The notes beneath the pieces are model-generated. The model had not been told where the DNA came from. It did not search any database and saw only the letters and a list, made by a program, of their open reading frames with translations. From NCBI GenBank assembly GCA_030704615.1, contig CM060733.1, forward strand, positions 25,606,001 through 25,670,000: a stretch of DNA of 64,000 nt, given 5' to 3'. The DNA is from Takakia lepidozioides (Eukaryota; Plantae; Bryophyta). Shown here in pieces: positions 47,880 through 61,487 of this stretch. Both the position numbers and the translations under genes were made by a program. Numbering within the stretch: the stretch's first letter is position 1; every line of letters begins with the position of its first letter.

Positions 47880-50090
47880 ATCATAGAGTTAGACAAAATA
47901 GTTTCAGAAATTTTCATGAAATATGGTATTGTATCATGAATACAAATAACTTATTAGTTATAACTCAGGAACTGTTCTCAATGCATCACTTGCTGCCAAA
48001 GCCTCACGATGAGTTATACAATGTGTAGTTACCAAACTGGGAACATCTTCTCATTAGCGAACAACTAACCCTTGATAATGTCCTAATTATCAACGTCATA
48101 TTAGATCGCGACAGACCGGATGCTGACGCGACCTACGTCACATCGATGTTTGCGGATATATTAGTAAAAAAAATTAAAGGTAAAATGTGTTAATTCAGTA
48201 GCCACGTCGTTATATTTATATTTCTTTCAAAATGTGCATGTGACCCAAATATTGGTAGTCACATGTTTTTTCAATTTTGACTATTTGGGGTCCTTGGAGG
48301 CCTATGTTTTGCAGGCCTGTGAAGCCTTGTGAGGGCTGGTTGGAGGACGATTGGAGATCCTTGAAAGCCAATACTTGGTAGATTTGAGGAGCTTCTTAAG
48401 GGCTGTTGGAGGACTTTTGGAGGTCTTTGGAGGCCAATACTTGACAGACTTGTGGAGCTTCTTAAGGGCTGTTTAGAGGACTCTTGGAGGTCCTTGGAGG
48501 CCATATTAGGCAGGCTTGTGGAGCCATTGTGAGGGCTGGTTGGCGATCTTGGAGGCCACTAATTGGCGGGCGCCGAGGGCCTTTTGGTGGACTGTTTGGA
48601 GTCCAAGTTTGCGAACTTCTTGAAAAATACGTATTACCGCCAATATTGGCGGTCCCATGTTTCTTTTTAAATATTTAATATATATTTTTCAAAATACGTA
48701 CGACCATCAATATTTTCAATCATATATTTTTTTATTTTTTTAAATGCATGCGACCATCAATATTGGCGGTCACATGTTTTTTCTATTTTTTTTTAAAATG
48801 TGTGCAACCGCCAATATTGACGGTCACATGCCCTTTTATTATTTTCAAATATGTGTGACCGCCAATATTTTTTATTTTTTATTTTTTAAATACGTGCGAC
48901 CATTAGTATTGACGGCGCATATTTTTATTTATTTATAAATTGTCTGTGACCGCCAATATTGACGGTCGTATATATTTAAAAAATAATAAATATAAAACAG
49001 AATTTTTTTTTAAAGAAAACGTGTGACCGCCAATATTGGCGGTCACATGCTATTTTATATTTTTAAATACGTGTAACTGCCAATATTGGCTGTCCTATAT
49101 ATATATATATATATATATTAGTTTCTTAAATACAATAAAATTTTATCCACGTGGTTAGTCCAGCTGGGACGTCACCTCGGTATCTAGGATAAATAGTTAA
49201 TAGTAAAAATAAAAAATAAAAAATAATTATATCCAGTAAAGTCCGGTTTGGACGTGACGCGACGCACGTCTTAACTGTATGTCACATCCACATTCATAAT
49301 CTTGGATGACACCCTATCATTAAAGATGCTCCATCAGCAGTAAGTCTGAGCCATTAGTTCGATGGATTCCAAACCAACATTTTCAATAATGATGATGTCG
49401 TAAAAACATGGTTTTTCCTATCGCATCTTTGATTGCCAACAATTCCACGAAGGCATGAGTTTGAAGACCTTTCCCTTCGAAACTTAGATGAGAAGAATAG
49501 ACAATCAAGTGTTGTTCCATAGTCTGGTCTGTGGACTCGTCAACGAAAGTGAAAATACGAGAAACTTGGAAGCAGTATAATAAATGTTTCACATGCTCTG
49601 ACAATGCCCATAAAAACTCCAATGCAGCAACCCTTGTATTATAAGCTTCATACTCGTCATTCTTAGGTCTGTCAGGGGTATTCAAGGCCCTTATGAATGG
49701 ACATTCACTCTCATAACTTAGAACAGAACGATCTTGCGTTACAATGAGAAACAAGATCTTCATGCACGTGTCACCCTTGCATGTTCTTTCTCAATTGCAT
49801 TTCCAATATATCGGGTGATAGGAACCAAACCAGATGGAGGGAAGTGAATAGCTTCTCATCGAAATAATGCGGTTTTGTGATCGGAGCTTTTCTCATGATC
49901 ACGAAGAACAGATTTTTGCATAGTTTTATATCCTGGTCTATGACTTTACGGCGATTTGATACAGAATTCCTCACAAGCAGCACACTTCATAAAATAAGTA
50001 CCTGCTGGTTTTAAGTGCATAAGCCATTTCCTCCCAATTTTCCATGAAGCTTTAAACCTTCGATTATACGTCCTGCCTTGGGGACCACGA
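47880..50090 (-). pseudogene. hAT-type (ZNF862-like) transposase relic, split by an insertion at ~48090-49295
   Basis: FVDESTDQTMEQHLIVY, FVELLAIKD, DGAS-like at ~49330, HREALAASDA at ~47985-48015. Confidence 0.6.
48090..49295. repeat. Non-autonomous element-like insert with ~10 copies of the palindrome GACCGCCAATATTGGCGGTC and ~57-bp tandem repeats
   Basis: Perfect 22-bp palindrome at 49024-49045, degenerate copies from 48241 to 49095; tandem units at 48290-48570. Confidence 0.6.
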
Positions 50091-51859
50091 GCTCTGGAAG
50101 GTGAAAGTTGATGGACATATTCATATTCAGAAAAGTCGTCATTTGTTTCGGAATTCTGATTTTCTGAAAAAATCTCCGAGGAAAAAAATCGTGATGAAAT
50201 CTACAAAACAATAATTTCATTCATCAATTCACTTGATCACCATATCATTGAATGACCTAGATTATCATGATTCTTTTTGTAACAAAAGTGGGTATAAGCT
50301 GTACTTGCAAATCTGTATTTGTACGATACTTGGAACTTGATGTGACAATGGAAAAATTGCCCATGTCATAATTATCCAGTGATGTCACATATCAGTATAT
50401 TATGACCTTGAAAGAATGCCACAAGCTTAAGTTAAGCACTTATACCTCATGAGTGTCATATATTTGGTGTGTGCGACATTTGTAAACCAAATAAAGACGT
50501 TATTGAAAGTTAATATGGGTCTTTCCTTGGTCTTCCCACCCTTGAATTACTTCCAGAAGCCATAAACTATCCCCTTCTCCAACTTCAGATTCAGCACTCT
50601 ACTGGTGCCCTATCCTTGTAGTATTTCTGTCCCCTATACTACAATATGGGACAATTTAGAATTGTACATCATACAAATTGTTCACATTGTCTTCATTATT
50701 CAAATAACCTTCAATATAATACAATGATTAATTATCTAAAGATGATTATATTTGCTGGAAAAATAATATTGAAACACTAAGTGGAATGAATCAAAGTGAG
50801 GACATACGTACCTAGAATGTATGTACTTTGTACCAGCATACAATTATTCAGGTGTCATCGTGTACCAATGTACCAGCGTACCACAATTGAAGAATATTAC
50901 TATGGAAGAGGTCTCACCATGCACCTGCATACCAATGGTACCAGCGTGCCAGTATTAAAAAGCACTATACCAACGTACCACTATTGAGCACTGTACCAAC
51001 GTATCATTATTGAAGTCCACTAAGGTATGAGAGCGAAGGGAGAGTTTGCTTACCACAATTTCAAGAGCATTGTACCAGCGTACCATTATTGGAGGTATTG
51101 CTTGCATTGGAGCAAGCAAGAAGAGCTTGCTTACCACTAGTGAAAACTGTACTAGTACCACTACTGAAATCCACTAAAGTCTCGTAATGGCGGGAAAGCT
51201 TGAGCCTTGGAGCAGGTCCAGGAGAGATGGACATGTTTTAGGGTTTGAAAGGCAGTGAAGGACAGTTGGTAGTGACTCACGAGTCACGAGCCTCCCCAGC
51301 TAGACTTACTAGTAAACTTATTAATAAATAATAATTACCAATAATTTGTACTTTTTTTTTTTACCTTTCTTTTGACATGTGTGTGTTTTTTTTTTAAGCC
51401 TTTCACTGTCACGATCAATTTTTGGTCATTGACAGGCCGTTTTTTGTTTTTTTTGTTTTTTTGTCTTTCAAATGTCTTATGACAGGCGTAAAAAAAACAA
51501 TCCTAGTTACGGCCGTGAGAAGGTGTCCACTTTCAAAACAAAATAATGTAGTCATTTGGAGGTGAAGTGATACCATAATTTACATTTGCTTTGGCAAGAG
51601 TTATCTATAATTCTCTGTTCATGGCAGGAAGTACATATCTACCAAAAAAAAAAAAAAAAAAAAAAAAAAAGATATAGGCCTTGAAAAAAAAATTACATTT
51701 ATACCAAAATGTTGTGCTTGGATTTTAGGTGGCATATTCTAAGAAAACTCAGTGACCTTAGGGGAAAGTAAGACACATGAGAAAATAAATTATCTTCCAT
51801 AATTTTCCATAATTTTTCACAATATTTGAAAAATAAGACATGTGATTCTGGCTGCAAAT

Positions 51860-52260
51860 TCTATTTTCCAAAACCAAACTACTGACTATTATTGGACACT
51901 CGGGTTTTGGAACACCGCCTCGATCCTCTTTTGCTTGATGGCTTCTAGACTCTGGTCTGTTATTCTTCTCTTTCTATGTGGATTGGGAAGTACTCTCTTT
52001 ACCACCTCCCCAATTCCAATCTTGCTGAACTCTCAAGTTGATAGGACGATGAGATCATGTTGGGCAATAGTACAATCTCTATGGATTTATGGAATTCAAG
52101 GTGTGACTTGGTTTTTAAGAGGAAACCCCTCGGTATCAGATCATTACTCTTTGATTTATATGAGTTTGATCTGATGACCAAGGAGACAACGTTTGAAGAT
52201 TCCACACTCTTAGCATTTATGCAATACAAGACTCTATAGCTGCTGCAATCGTCTTTAAAT
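51860..52260 (+). mobile_element. Possible LINE ORF2 3' fragment
   Basis: LWNSRCDLVF resembles the L1 C-terminal WxxRNxxxF motif; otherwise highly decayed. Confidence 0.3.
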
Positions 52261-53099
52261 GTACTTGGTTCCACGACCAGTAGACGCAATATTCATAGTG
52301 TAGACATCTGTATGATAAAACTCACCAAGTTTTTTTGCTCTATCATGTTCTCCAATCTTGATTCACAAGATACATTATGTGGTGGTTTTTGCCCATGGCG
52401 CACCATCCGCAGAAGTCTAGAGTAGCAGTATGGCTGAGAATTTATAATCATCCCACTATATTTGTTTTTCCCCTTCATGATGTTTCCTACATTCTAAAAT
52501 ATAATATCATATTGTCCACATTGAAACCTTGAGATTAATTAGGGAGGCCGGAGCCGCCTGTAGGCCAACATAATCAGTCTGGTTATCCAACGTATAAACA
52601 ATCTGCCATAATTATTTAAAAAGATAGGATGCTAAGGGATGAGGCAAAGGATAGAGCTTCATAGGCTAAAATGATTATGTTTAATATTATCATGTACTTG
52701 AACGGATCTGGTTTGGGCCGGTTTAATTATGCAAGGCAAGATCTTCTGCAACCGCATTATAATCTTCTGCCAGTGTCTTTACAATTAGTTTGTATGACAC
52801 ATTTAAGATAGTTTCAATTTGAAATATAATATTTTAATGATATTCAATAGGGTAGGTAGGTTGCACACCTATGAAGATGATGTTTTCGAGCTGATCCCAT
52901 TGTCCATGACTACTAGACCTTGAGTATCAACGCCTTTAGGAATGGAGGCAAGTACCAACGGACTGACAACCGATTGTCGAGGCGATTTCGCATGTTGAGA
53001 GACATCTTTGTGCCTCTTCTAGTACGTATAGAAGTCGTGAGACCGAGGAATCCATCACGCGACAAGCGAGGTTGGTTGAGCACATTGTTTTTTATGACG

Positions 53100-53748
53100 A
53101 CAAACCACATTTGGGTACCTTATGGCCGCAAGTCGGGACCTTGGGCATTCTTTGCGACCAACAATGGGGAAATGGTCACCGTGGACACACCCCAAGTTCT
53201 TAGGTGTCTTCTTTGCCATGATACCCCTTGTAGCCCAAACTTGTTATTGCAGAAAACTAAAGAAAAAAAAAACTTGATAACATATAACAAGGGACAAGGT
53301 ACTGCCACGTTGAAGAAACACGTTGAAAGCGAACATCATGAAATAACAACTAGATATTATAGTGAACTTGTAGCCGAGGCCTCTGATCACCCTCATCGGC
53401 TAATGAACGAGAGTCATCCAAGAAGCGTACAAGAGTTACCCCTGGAACCATCTCATCTTTTTTTGGGAATAATGTATCTTACAAAAAAAATGATGCGAGT
53501 CAAAAAGACTTTTTGGAGGACTTCGTGCTGCTGTGTGTGAAGAGTCATTTTCCATTGAGCATTATAGAGAATGTTCGGATGAGGAGATTCGCGTTGAAGT
53601 TGGACCCATGTATGGTTTTCCCATCCCGTAGACGATTGATTGACGAAGTGTTTCCGGACATGTTCAAGAGCTGTATGAAAACTCATTTTTGCTCTTATCA
53701 TCAATTTTCTCACTAAGAATTGGGAGCCCAGACATATTACAGTGGGTT
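53100..53748 (+). pseudogene. hAT transposase N-terminal fragment with BED zinc finger
   Basis: WAFF...RCLLCH...GTATLKKHVESEH; FPLSIIEN...FPSRRRL. Truncated by the adjacent LTR. Confidence 0.7.
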
Positions 53749-55388
53749 TCGATACAACAGGGGCCAGTCTAGCAATCCAGCTTCGTTCTTTGTGTCGCGC
53801 ACCTCACTTCGGTAAGCTCCCCTTCAAGTCATAGTTACTCATTTGATGCGCGCGCCTAACTCCCAAAGTGGCCGCCGGGCCAACTCGGAGCTTCGCTTGC
53901 TCACCGGGACATAACGGTCCCCCTTTGCTCCTCCAAAAGACCCTCCACCAATTTGGGCCTAGTGGAAATTCCCTTTGGTAGATGGCAGTCCGGAATAGCT
54001 CCCCACTCCTTGGTCGCTTTCCGGCTCGCTCGTTCACTCACTAGTTTTTGGTCACCAATGGGCTTGCACCGTTCTCGGGGTTACTACTCCCTTTATATAC
54101 TTCTGTGACTATCCGCGGGGGTTTCACAAACAAAACCATCCTTTTATGGCGAACCACCACGAAGACCCTCGACTCCCGGTGATGAGTCGCGGTGAGTCTT
54201 GGCCCACCCACCACGGCCCCATTAGACCGTGATGAGTCCCAAGACTCCCCACGACTCCCACCACAAGGTCCCGCCCCATGGTGAGTCCTATGTCACCCCC
54301 ACTAAGACCCACTAAGCTACCACCACCCCTCGTGGAACCACCCCCACCGCAACCCGGTGTGCAGGGCTCCACCTAGTGAGCACCTCTGCCTCCTTGAGTG
54401 CTTTGGGCACTCAAGGGTGCTTCAGCCCCCGCATCTATTGTTGCCATTGCCCCCACCACAGGGGCAGCCCTTCTTGTGTCCCGACCCCCTGCCCTCAAGG
54501 CAAAGGGCCGCGACACACACACCCCTACCAACAGGGAGTCGATGTTCTCATTGACTTGTCCATTATGTAGAAACGAACATCCAAGTTGTGGTATCCCACA
54601 TCAAGGAGTTTGTTTCCGCACCATGGCGTCCCATGACAAATAAATAAACCCCACACTTGACTCTACTTTCCACTAGCTAGTTCGGCCGACTTCCTCCAAG
54701 TCCCGGCCAAGGGTGGAGCCTCTCAAGCTCCACCCAGTGCACTCTTCTTGGCCTACTTCAAGGCCAAGGAACGATCCTCCCCGAGGATTGAATCGCCGTA
54801 CTGCAACAACATTGCTTGCGATCGCTTATGATGCCACTTTTGGCATCACCTTGAGCAAGGGTTCACCTTGAACCCTTTTTTACTAGGAAGATAACCTTGA
54901 ACCAACCATGCGCCCCAATCACTACAATTGGGTCCGCCTTGGAATGTTGGCCTAAGGTACGGGAACACGCCGAAGCCGCACTACGACTTCGTCCCGAGGC
55001 TACACGATTATAGTACGTGAACGGAAGCACGTAGCTTCCGCGTTAGCCCACACTACAAGGCAACCCCCTCGGTAGCGTAGTTATAGTACGCGCACGCGTC
55101 AAGTGCGCACTAGCACCTGAATTCCCAAAGAAGGCGCAAGTTTCCTTGCCCCTTGGATGGGAGTCACCCGATTTCGGCACTACGCAAACACACGATTAAT
55201 CCAATTTATCACTCCCACTTTTGTAAGCTAGCATGCATCCTACACACTAGCCAACCATACCATGCATCACCATTCCAAACAAAATAGGAAGCACAACATT
55301 TGGAAACCATTTCATTTATAACAAAATTTGTACAACACAAGTTTTTGCAATCGGATTCCTGAGCCAGCTAAGCCGGGCTAAGCATGCA
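53749..55388 (-). repeat. Putative 3' LTR (~1.6 kb) of the right-hand gypsy
   Basis: Begins with TG directly after PPT GTGGGGGAGGAAA. Far boundary inferred from the break in the hAT reading frame; the partner LTR is outside the window. Confidence 0.6.
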
Positions 55389-58092
55389 TTTCCTCCCCCA
55401 CGATCCAAGGTTGATGTCCCCATCAATGCTTCTTCCAATTCTTGATGTTCAACCAGACCTCTGTGCCTGCCTCAAACTTAACTTCCCTCTGCTTCCGATT
55501 CGCCTGCCGTTCATACCGTTTCCTAGCTTTGGCAATGTTGTACTTTGCGAGCTTCAACAAACGTTCGCGTTCTTCCAGCACCGCTGCTGCTGCCGGTTCC
55601 TCGACGTCTTGGGCGGCCCAACTTGTCGGCACCAGAGGTGCTTTTCCATAGACCAATACGAAAGATGAAACTCTCATTGTAGAGTGTTTTGTGTTATTAT
55701 AACAGAACTCTGCCGCATCCAAGTGCTCCACCCAATCCGATTGGTCTGCCGACACGTAATTCCGCAAGATCTGCTTCACCACCGAATTCACCCTTTCCGT
55801 TTGGCCGTCTGTCGTAGGTCGGAAGGCGGTGCTCATCTTGAGCCTCGACCCCATTTTCTTCCAAAGTGCCCTCCAAAATTTACTTGTAAACTTTGGATCG
55901 CGGTCCGAGACAATATCTTTCGGGAGTCCATGATGCTTGAAGATGTGGGCGAAATAAAGTCGTCCCGTCTCCTGCGCCATTGCCGTCTCCTTGGTGGGGA
56001 TGAAATGGCCCATTTTACTGAACCTATCCACCACCACCATGATTGCATCGAATCCTTTTAACAGCGGCATAGCAGTCATGAAATCCATCGAGACACTTTC
56101 CCAAGACCCCTCTGGAATCGGCAAGGGTTGTAACAGCCCCGCTTGCTTAAATTTGTACTCGCTCCGGTTTTGTTGGCATGCGGTGCATGTCTTGACATAC
56201 TCCTCGGCCTCCTCCCTAAGTTTGGGCCAGAAATACTCTTTCTTTAAAAGTGTCACGGTGCACTTGGCTCCGCCGTGGCCCGCAAGTGGGTCATCATGGC
56301 ATTCTCTCAAGAGACTATCTCTGATCCCTTCCTTCGGCACGTAGAAACGTTTTTGCTTGTACCGGAGCAGTCCATTTTGCAAGTGGAACTGCGATTTAAT
56401 CCCCATCCTCAAGTCCCGCATCACGGACTTCACCATCTCATCCTTCCGGTAAGCCTTCCGGATGTTCCTTTGGAGCGTCGTCTCGTCCCTGTACACCAAC
56501 ATGAGCTGCTACTTTCTACTTAAAGCATCGGCCACCACATTGTCCCGTCCCGGTTTGTACTGGATATCCACATCGAACACTGCCAAAGTGTCTTGCCACC
56601 TAAGTTGTTTTGGGGACAACTTAGGTTGCGTGGCAAAATACTTCACCGTGACATTGTCCGTGAACACCTTCACCGGGTTAGAACCAACATAGTGACGCCA
56701 TAGCTCAAGGCAATGCACCACCGCCTTCATTTCTTTCTCGTGCGTAGGCCACCGTCGCTCCACTTCATTCAGTTTCTTACTTTCGTAAGCCACTGGACGT
56801 CCATCCTGCATGAGTACATCCCCAATTGCGAAGTCTGACGCATCTGTATGAATCTCGAATGGACGGTCCAACTCTGGGATTTTCAAGACCGGAGCTTCCG
56901 CCATCCGCTGCTTCAACTCGGCAAAAGCTTGGCCACAAAAGGTGTTCCATACCCATACTTTGGATTTACACAGAAGGTCCGACAGCGGTCCCGCGATCTT
57001 GACGAAATTTCTCACATACTTTTGGTAATAGGAGGTGAGTCCTAGGAAGGATCGCACTCCCAGGACCGAAGTCGGAGGCTCCCAATCCAAGATCGCCCTC
57101 ACCTTTCTGTCATCCATTTTGATCCCATCCTGTGTAATCACATGCCCTAGGAACTCCACTTTTGTGACCCCGAAGTCGCACTTTGAAGCTTTGGCATACA
57201 GCTTCCCTTCCCGCCTGGGGGGTGCACTCCTCATTAAATGTACCAGCCACGTGCGTGCACAAGAGGGAGTATTTTAAACCCCCCCATGTACAACATTATA
57301 CATACAGAGGGGGGTTTAAAACACCTTAAATATAATTTTACAGGAGGGGGTTGTTGTATTTTAAGGGGTAGTGTAGTGGTAAGAATGACGTTTTGGCCGC
57401 GATGCACCGCGGGATCAAATCGCGGGATCATCTCTTTGTTTGTTTTTGTTTTTGTTTTTTTTTCTCTCTCCGCGATCTTTCTCCCCTTCCCTCCCGCCGC
57501 TTTCTCTTTTCCCTCTCCTCCTCTCATCTCCTCTCCACTCCTCTCCCACGTTCGCCTTCCCTTCCGCGGGCTTTCTCTTTTCCCTCCTCTCCTCTCCCCT
57601 CCTCTCCACAGGGCATGGTATTCTTCCTGATGTTTACAAGGTTTAGGGGAGAGTTTAGGGAAGCGATCCTTTTGGGTTGATGGGAGGGCAAATCCTCCAT
57701 GGATCATGACACAAGGTCAAGGACAATGTGGTGAGGGCAGCTTCTTCTTCGACCTATTTCAACCTGTCTTGCCCTCTCAACAGAGTCAGCCCTGAATTTG
57801 CAGCACTAAGCAGACCTGGCATGAGTTTTTAGAAGATTGACAATGGTGGGACAACTGCAATTGCAAGGTGTGGCGTTTTCTTAAGGTATGATGTGAAGAT
57901 TTTTTTCCATCTTGCTATTGCGGGCTCTTGCCTCCTGTTAGTACCTGATTTGGTATTCTTCCAGATGTTTACAAGGTTCTTGGGAGAGTCAGCTTGTTCT
58001 AAGCAGGCCGTGCTCAGCTGCACTGTGGTGGTTCTCACTGACCAATCCGTCGTTACCTGACTACAGACAAGTATGCACACACAAGAGGTCCT

Positions 58093-59209
58093 CTTTTGAT
58101 CTCAGTCCAAACCAGGAAGTGGTCAGAGGTACCAATATCAGTTATGTCGATCAATACATTGGCACACTGGGGGAACAAATTTTTGTCCATTATGATATAG
58201 TCCACAATGGAACGTTTAGGGTTTGGGATTTCTCACGAGTCCACTGCACTTGGTCACCTACAGTTGAAGTCCTTGCCCTTGGTTGTCTTCCTAGAGCGCG
58301 CCCCATTGAATCACCAATGTGTAAGACCGCTCTCCAGCCAGTCAAAGGGACGAACTTCTTTGAGATTGAATTGATGTGGGACTCTATTAGAAGCACTTTT
58401 GGTCATTGCAACCTTCAACGTACACCTATTATCAATGAGAGAACCCCGGGCAGTGTATCAAAAAATGAATACTGTCTTCAGATTGCCCACACAATGGGAA
58501 GTGCACTCTCCCTTTCCTCTCTGCTTCTGTTTGCTGTTCAAAGGTAGGCTTCATGTCCTGAGTTTAAATTTCAGTCTAGTGCCGAGAGTGGGTGGACCCT
58601 TGAGGTCATCCAAGATGTCATCCCCCATGTCACTGACTGGAAACAAGTTCAGGGAAGTTTTCTGCCTAACTTCATTTTCATCAGACAATCTCATAGCAAC
58701 AGACATGGCTTTGGACACTGCAGCCTCCAAGTCGGATTTATCCAGCAGGGTCAAGACTTGCGGATCCAGGTGCAAGTCCTTGAGAATCTTTTCTACTCTG
58801 GTGTTGGGAAAACACCTTTTGATCTCAGTCCAAACCAGGAAGTGGTCAGAGGTACCAATATCAGTTATGTCGATCAACACATTGGCACACTGGGGGAACA
58901 AATTTTTGTCCATTATGATATAGTCCACAATGGAATGTTTAGGGTTTGGGATTTCTCACGAATCCACTGCACTTGGTCACCTACAGTTGAGGTCCTTGCC
59001 CTTGGTTGTCTTCCTAGAGCGCGCCCCATTGAATCACCAATGTGTAAGACCGCTCTCCAGCCAGTCAAAGGGACGAACTTCTTTGAGATTGAATTGATGT
59101 GGGACTCTATTAGAAGCACTTTTGGTCATTGCAACCTTCAACGTACACCTGTTATCAATGAGAGAACCCCGGACAGTGTATCAGAAAATGAATACTGTCT
59201 TCAGATTGC
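58093..59209. repeat. 394-bp direct duplication (58093-58486, 58816-59209) containing an APE-endonuclease C-terminal fragment on the minus strand
   Basis: Near-identical copies; VDYIIMD...GTSDHFLVW motif. Confidence 0.8.
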
Positions 59210-59214
59210 AGTAG

Positions 59215-61487
59215 CGGCACAATTGATAAAATCAGGCACTGCTGATGAAGGCACCTTCTTCAACACATTTCACCCTGTTTTCCCGACAGCCTGACAGAGG
59301 CTCTACAGACTCTAAACCAAGGAGGCATTTCAGCATATTCAAATATGTGTCTGTCTCTTGCTTGAGTGCATCAAGATGGACGGTCTCAAAGCTGGAAAGC
59401 AGGTGCACACTCACATTATCCAAAGTGGATTCACGCCAAATGTTTTTCCACTCAACACCCTTGTCAACCTGTATGTTAAGTGCCGGAACATCAGGGATGC
59501 TCACCAAGTGTTCAACAGAATGCCTCAATGATCTTTGATCACGTGGAATATTATGTTGAAAGGATTTACCAAGCATAGGTGTGGTAGGAATGTTTTGGAG
59601 ACATATGAGCAAATGATGTGCGAAGTGGTGAAGCCCAACCACATCACATTTGTTTGTGTTTGCAATGCGTGTGAAAGCCTGGGTGCAAGCTGGAATTGTA
59701 CCAGATGTCATCTTGAACACTGCCCTTGTGGACATGTTTGCCAAATGTGGGTGCGTTAAGGATGTGAGGGGAGTTTCCAACACTCTGGCTGAACGAGATG
59801 TGGTGTCGTGGAACGTGATGCTTGCAGGGTATGCACAGCAGGGGCACGGGATGGAGGCTTTGGAGACCTATGAACAAATGATGGGGGAAGGGGTGAAGCC
59901 TAACCACATCACAAGGCATTTCACCAGATTCAGATATGTATGTCTGTCTCTTGCTTAAGTGCATCAAGATGGAAGGTCTGGAACAGTGTTGGACTGGTAT
60001 ATAGGTGAAGGACTGGTACATAATACTGGTATATGCACTGGTATTAGATACCAGACCAGTCTGGTATCATTTGGGAGAATACTTGGTCAGATACCAGACC
60101 AGGCTGGTATCAGTTCTTTCATACTAGCCACAATACCCGTACTCCCCCATCGTCTTCCTCATTTACTCTGGTATGTATACTGAATTAATTTATGTGTACA
60201 TATGCCTATATATTCGTACTTATGTATATTTACTTCTTATGTATATTTTATTTGTTTTCACTTGATACTTGCCACTTGACAAATTTGTAACTCAAGATGG
60301 CTTTGGAATGATACCAGAGTTGATATCTCATACCAGCTGGTATTGTGGTCATGATACTCATATTCATACCAGTATCTGGAAAAAAATACATCCACCATTA
60401 TAGAGACCAGACTGGTATGAAAGTTTTGTGATACACCTGGTACCAGGACCAGTCTGGTATGTAAAAAACTTGATACCGGTCCAACACTGGTCTGGAAGTT
60501 GGAAAATAGGTGCATACTCACATCATCCAAAGTGGATTCACGTCAAATGTTTTTCTTCTCAACACCCTTGACAACATGTATGTTATGTGCGGGAGCATCA
60601 TTGATGCTCACCAAGTGTTCAACAGAATGCCTCAACGATCTTTGATCATGTGGAATATAATGTTAGCAGGATGCAATGCGTGTGCAAGCCTGGGAGCTCT
60701 GGAAAAGGGGAAAGAGGTCCATGGTGACATTGTCAAAGCTGGAATTGTACCAGATGTCATTCTGAACACTCCCCTGGTGGACATGTATGCCAAATGTGGG
60801 TGCATTAAGGATGCGAAGGGAGTTTCCAGGGCTGAACGAGATGTGGTGTCCGTGGAGTGCGATGCTTGCAGGGTATGCACAGCAGGGACGTGGTATGGAG
60901 GCTTTGGAGACCTATGATCAAATGATGGGGGAAGGGGTGAAGCCCGACCACATCACGTTTGTGTACATTTGCAATGCGTGTGTAAGTCTGTCAGCTTTGG
61001 AAAAGGGCAAAGAGGTCCATGGCGACATTGTTAGATCTGCAATTGTATCAAATGTCATTCTGAATAGTACCCTCGTGGACATGTATGAAGGGAGTGTTCG
61101 ACGGTATGGCTGAACGAGATGTGCTGTTGTGGAGTGCGATGATTGCAGGATATGCACAGCAAGGGCGCGGGATGGAGGCTTTGGAGACCTATGAGCAAAT
61201 GATGTGCGAAGGGGTGAAGTCCGCACTTTGCATTGCATGATGTTGAGGAAGAGCTTAAAGAATTGTCTCTTTGCCACCACAATGAGAAGCTGGCCATTGT
61301 TTTTGGGCTTATCAACACACCCTCTGGGATGTCTTTAGGGATCATCAAGAATCTTCGGATGTGTGGTGATTGCCACACAGCCACCAAATTCATCTCAAAG
61401 ATAGCTAAGCAAGAGATTGTTGTACGGGATGCAAACCGCTTTCACCACTTCCAAAATGGTGTTTGTTCTTGTGGGGAGTATTGGTGA
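59215..61487 (+). pseudogene. PLS-class PPR-DYW RNA-editing factor pseudogene
   Basis: NTALVDMYAKCG, RDVVSWNVMLAGYAQQG, GVKPDHITFV repeats. DYW domain HHNEKLA...[10 protein letters not shown]...RFHHF...CSCGEYW. Multiple frameshifts and deletions. Confidence 0.92.
59984..60489. mobile_element. hAT-type MITE inserted in the PPR pseudogene
   Basis: 17-bp TIR CAGTGTTGGAC(T/C)GGTAT; 8-bp TSD GTCTGGAA at 59976-59983 and 60490-60497; ATACCAG/CTGGTAT subterminal repeats. Confidence 0.92.

Noticed and set aside
48635-49095. CRISPR-like array of palindromic repeats
   Set aside because: Eukaryotic context, degenerate repeats, low-complexity AT spacers of irregular length and no cas genes.
50800-51180. 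GTACCA-rich repeat patch, possibly a MITE end
   Set aside because: No TIR pair or TSD could be located by eye.
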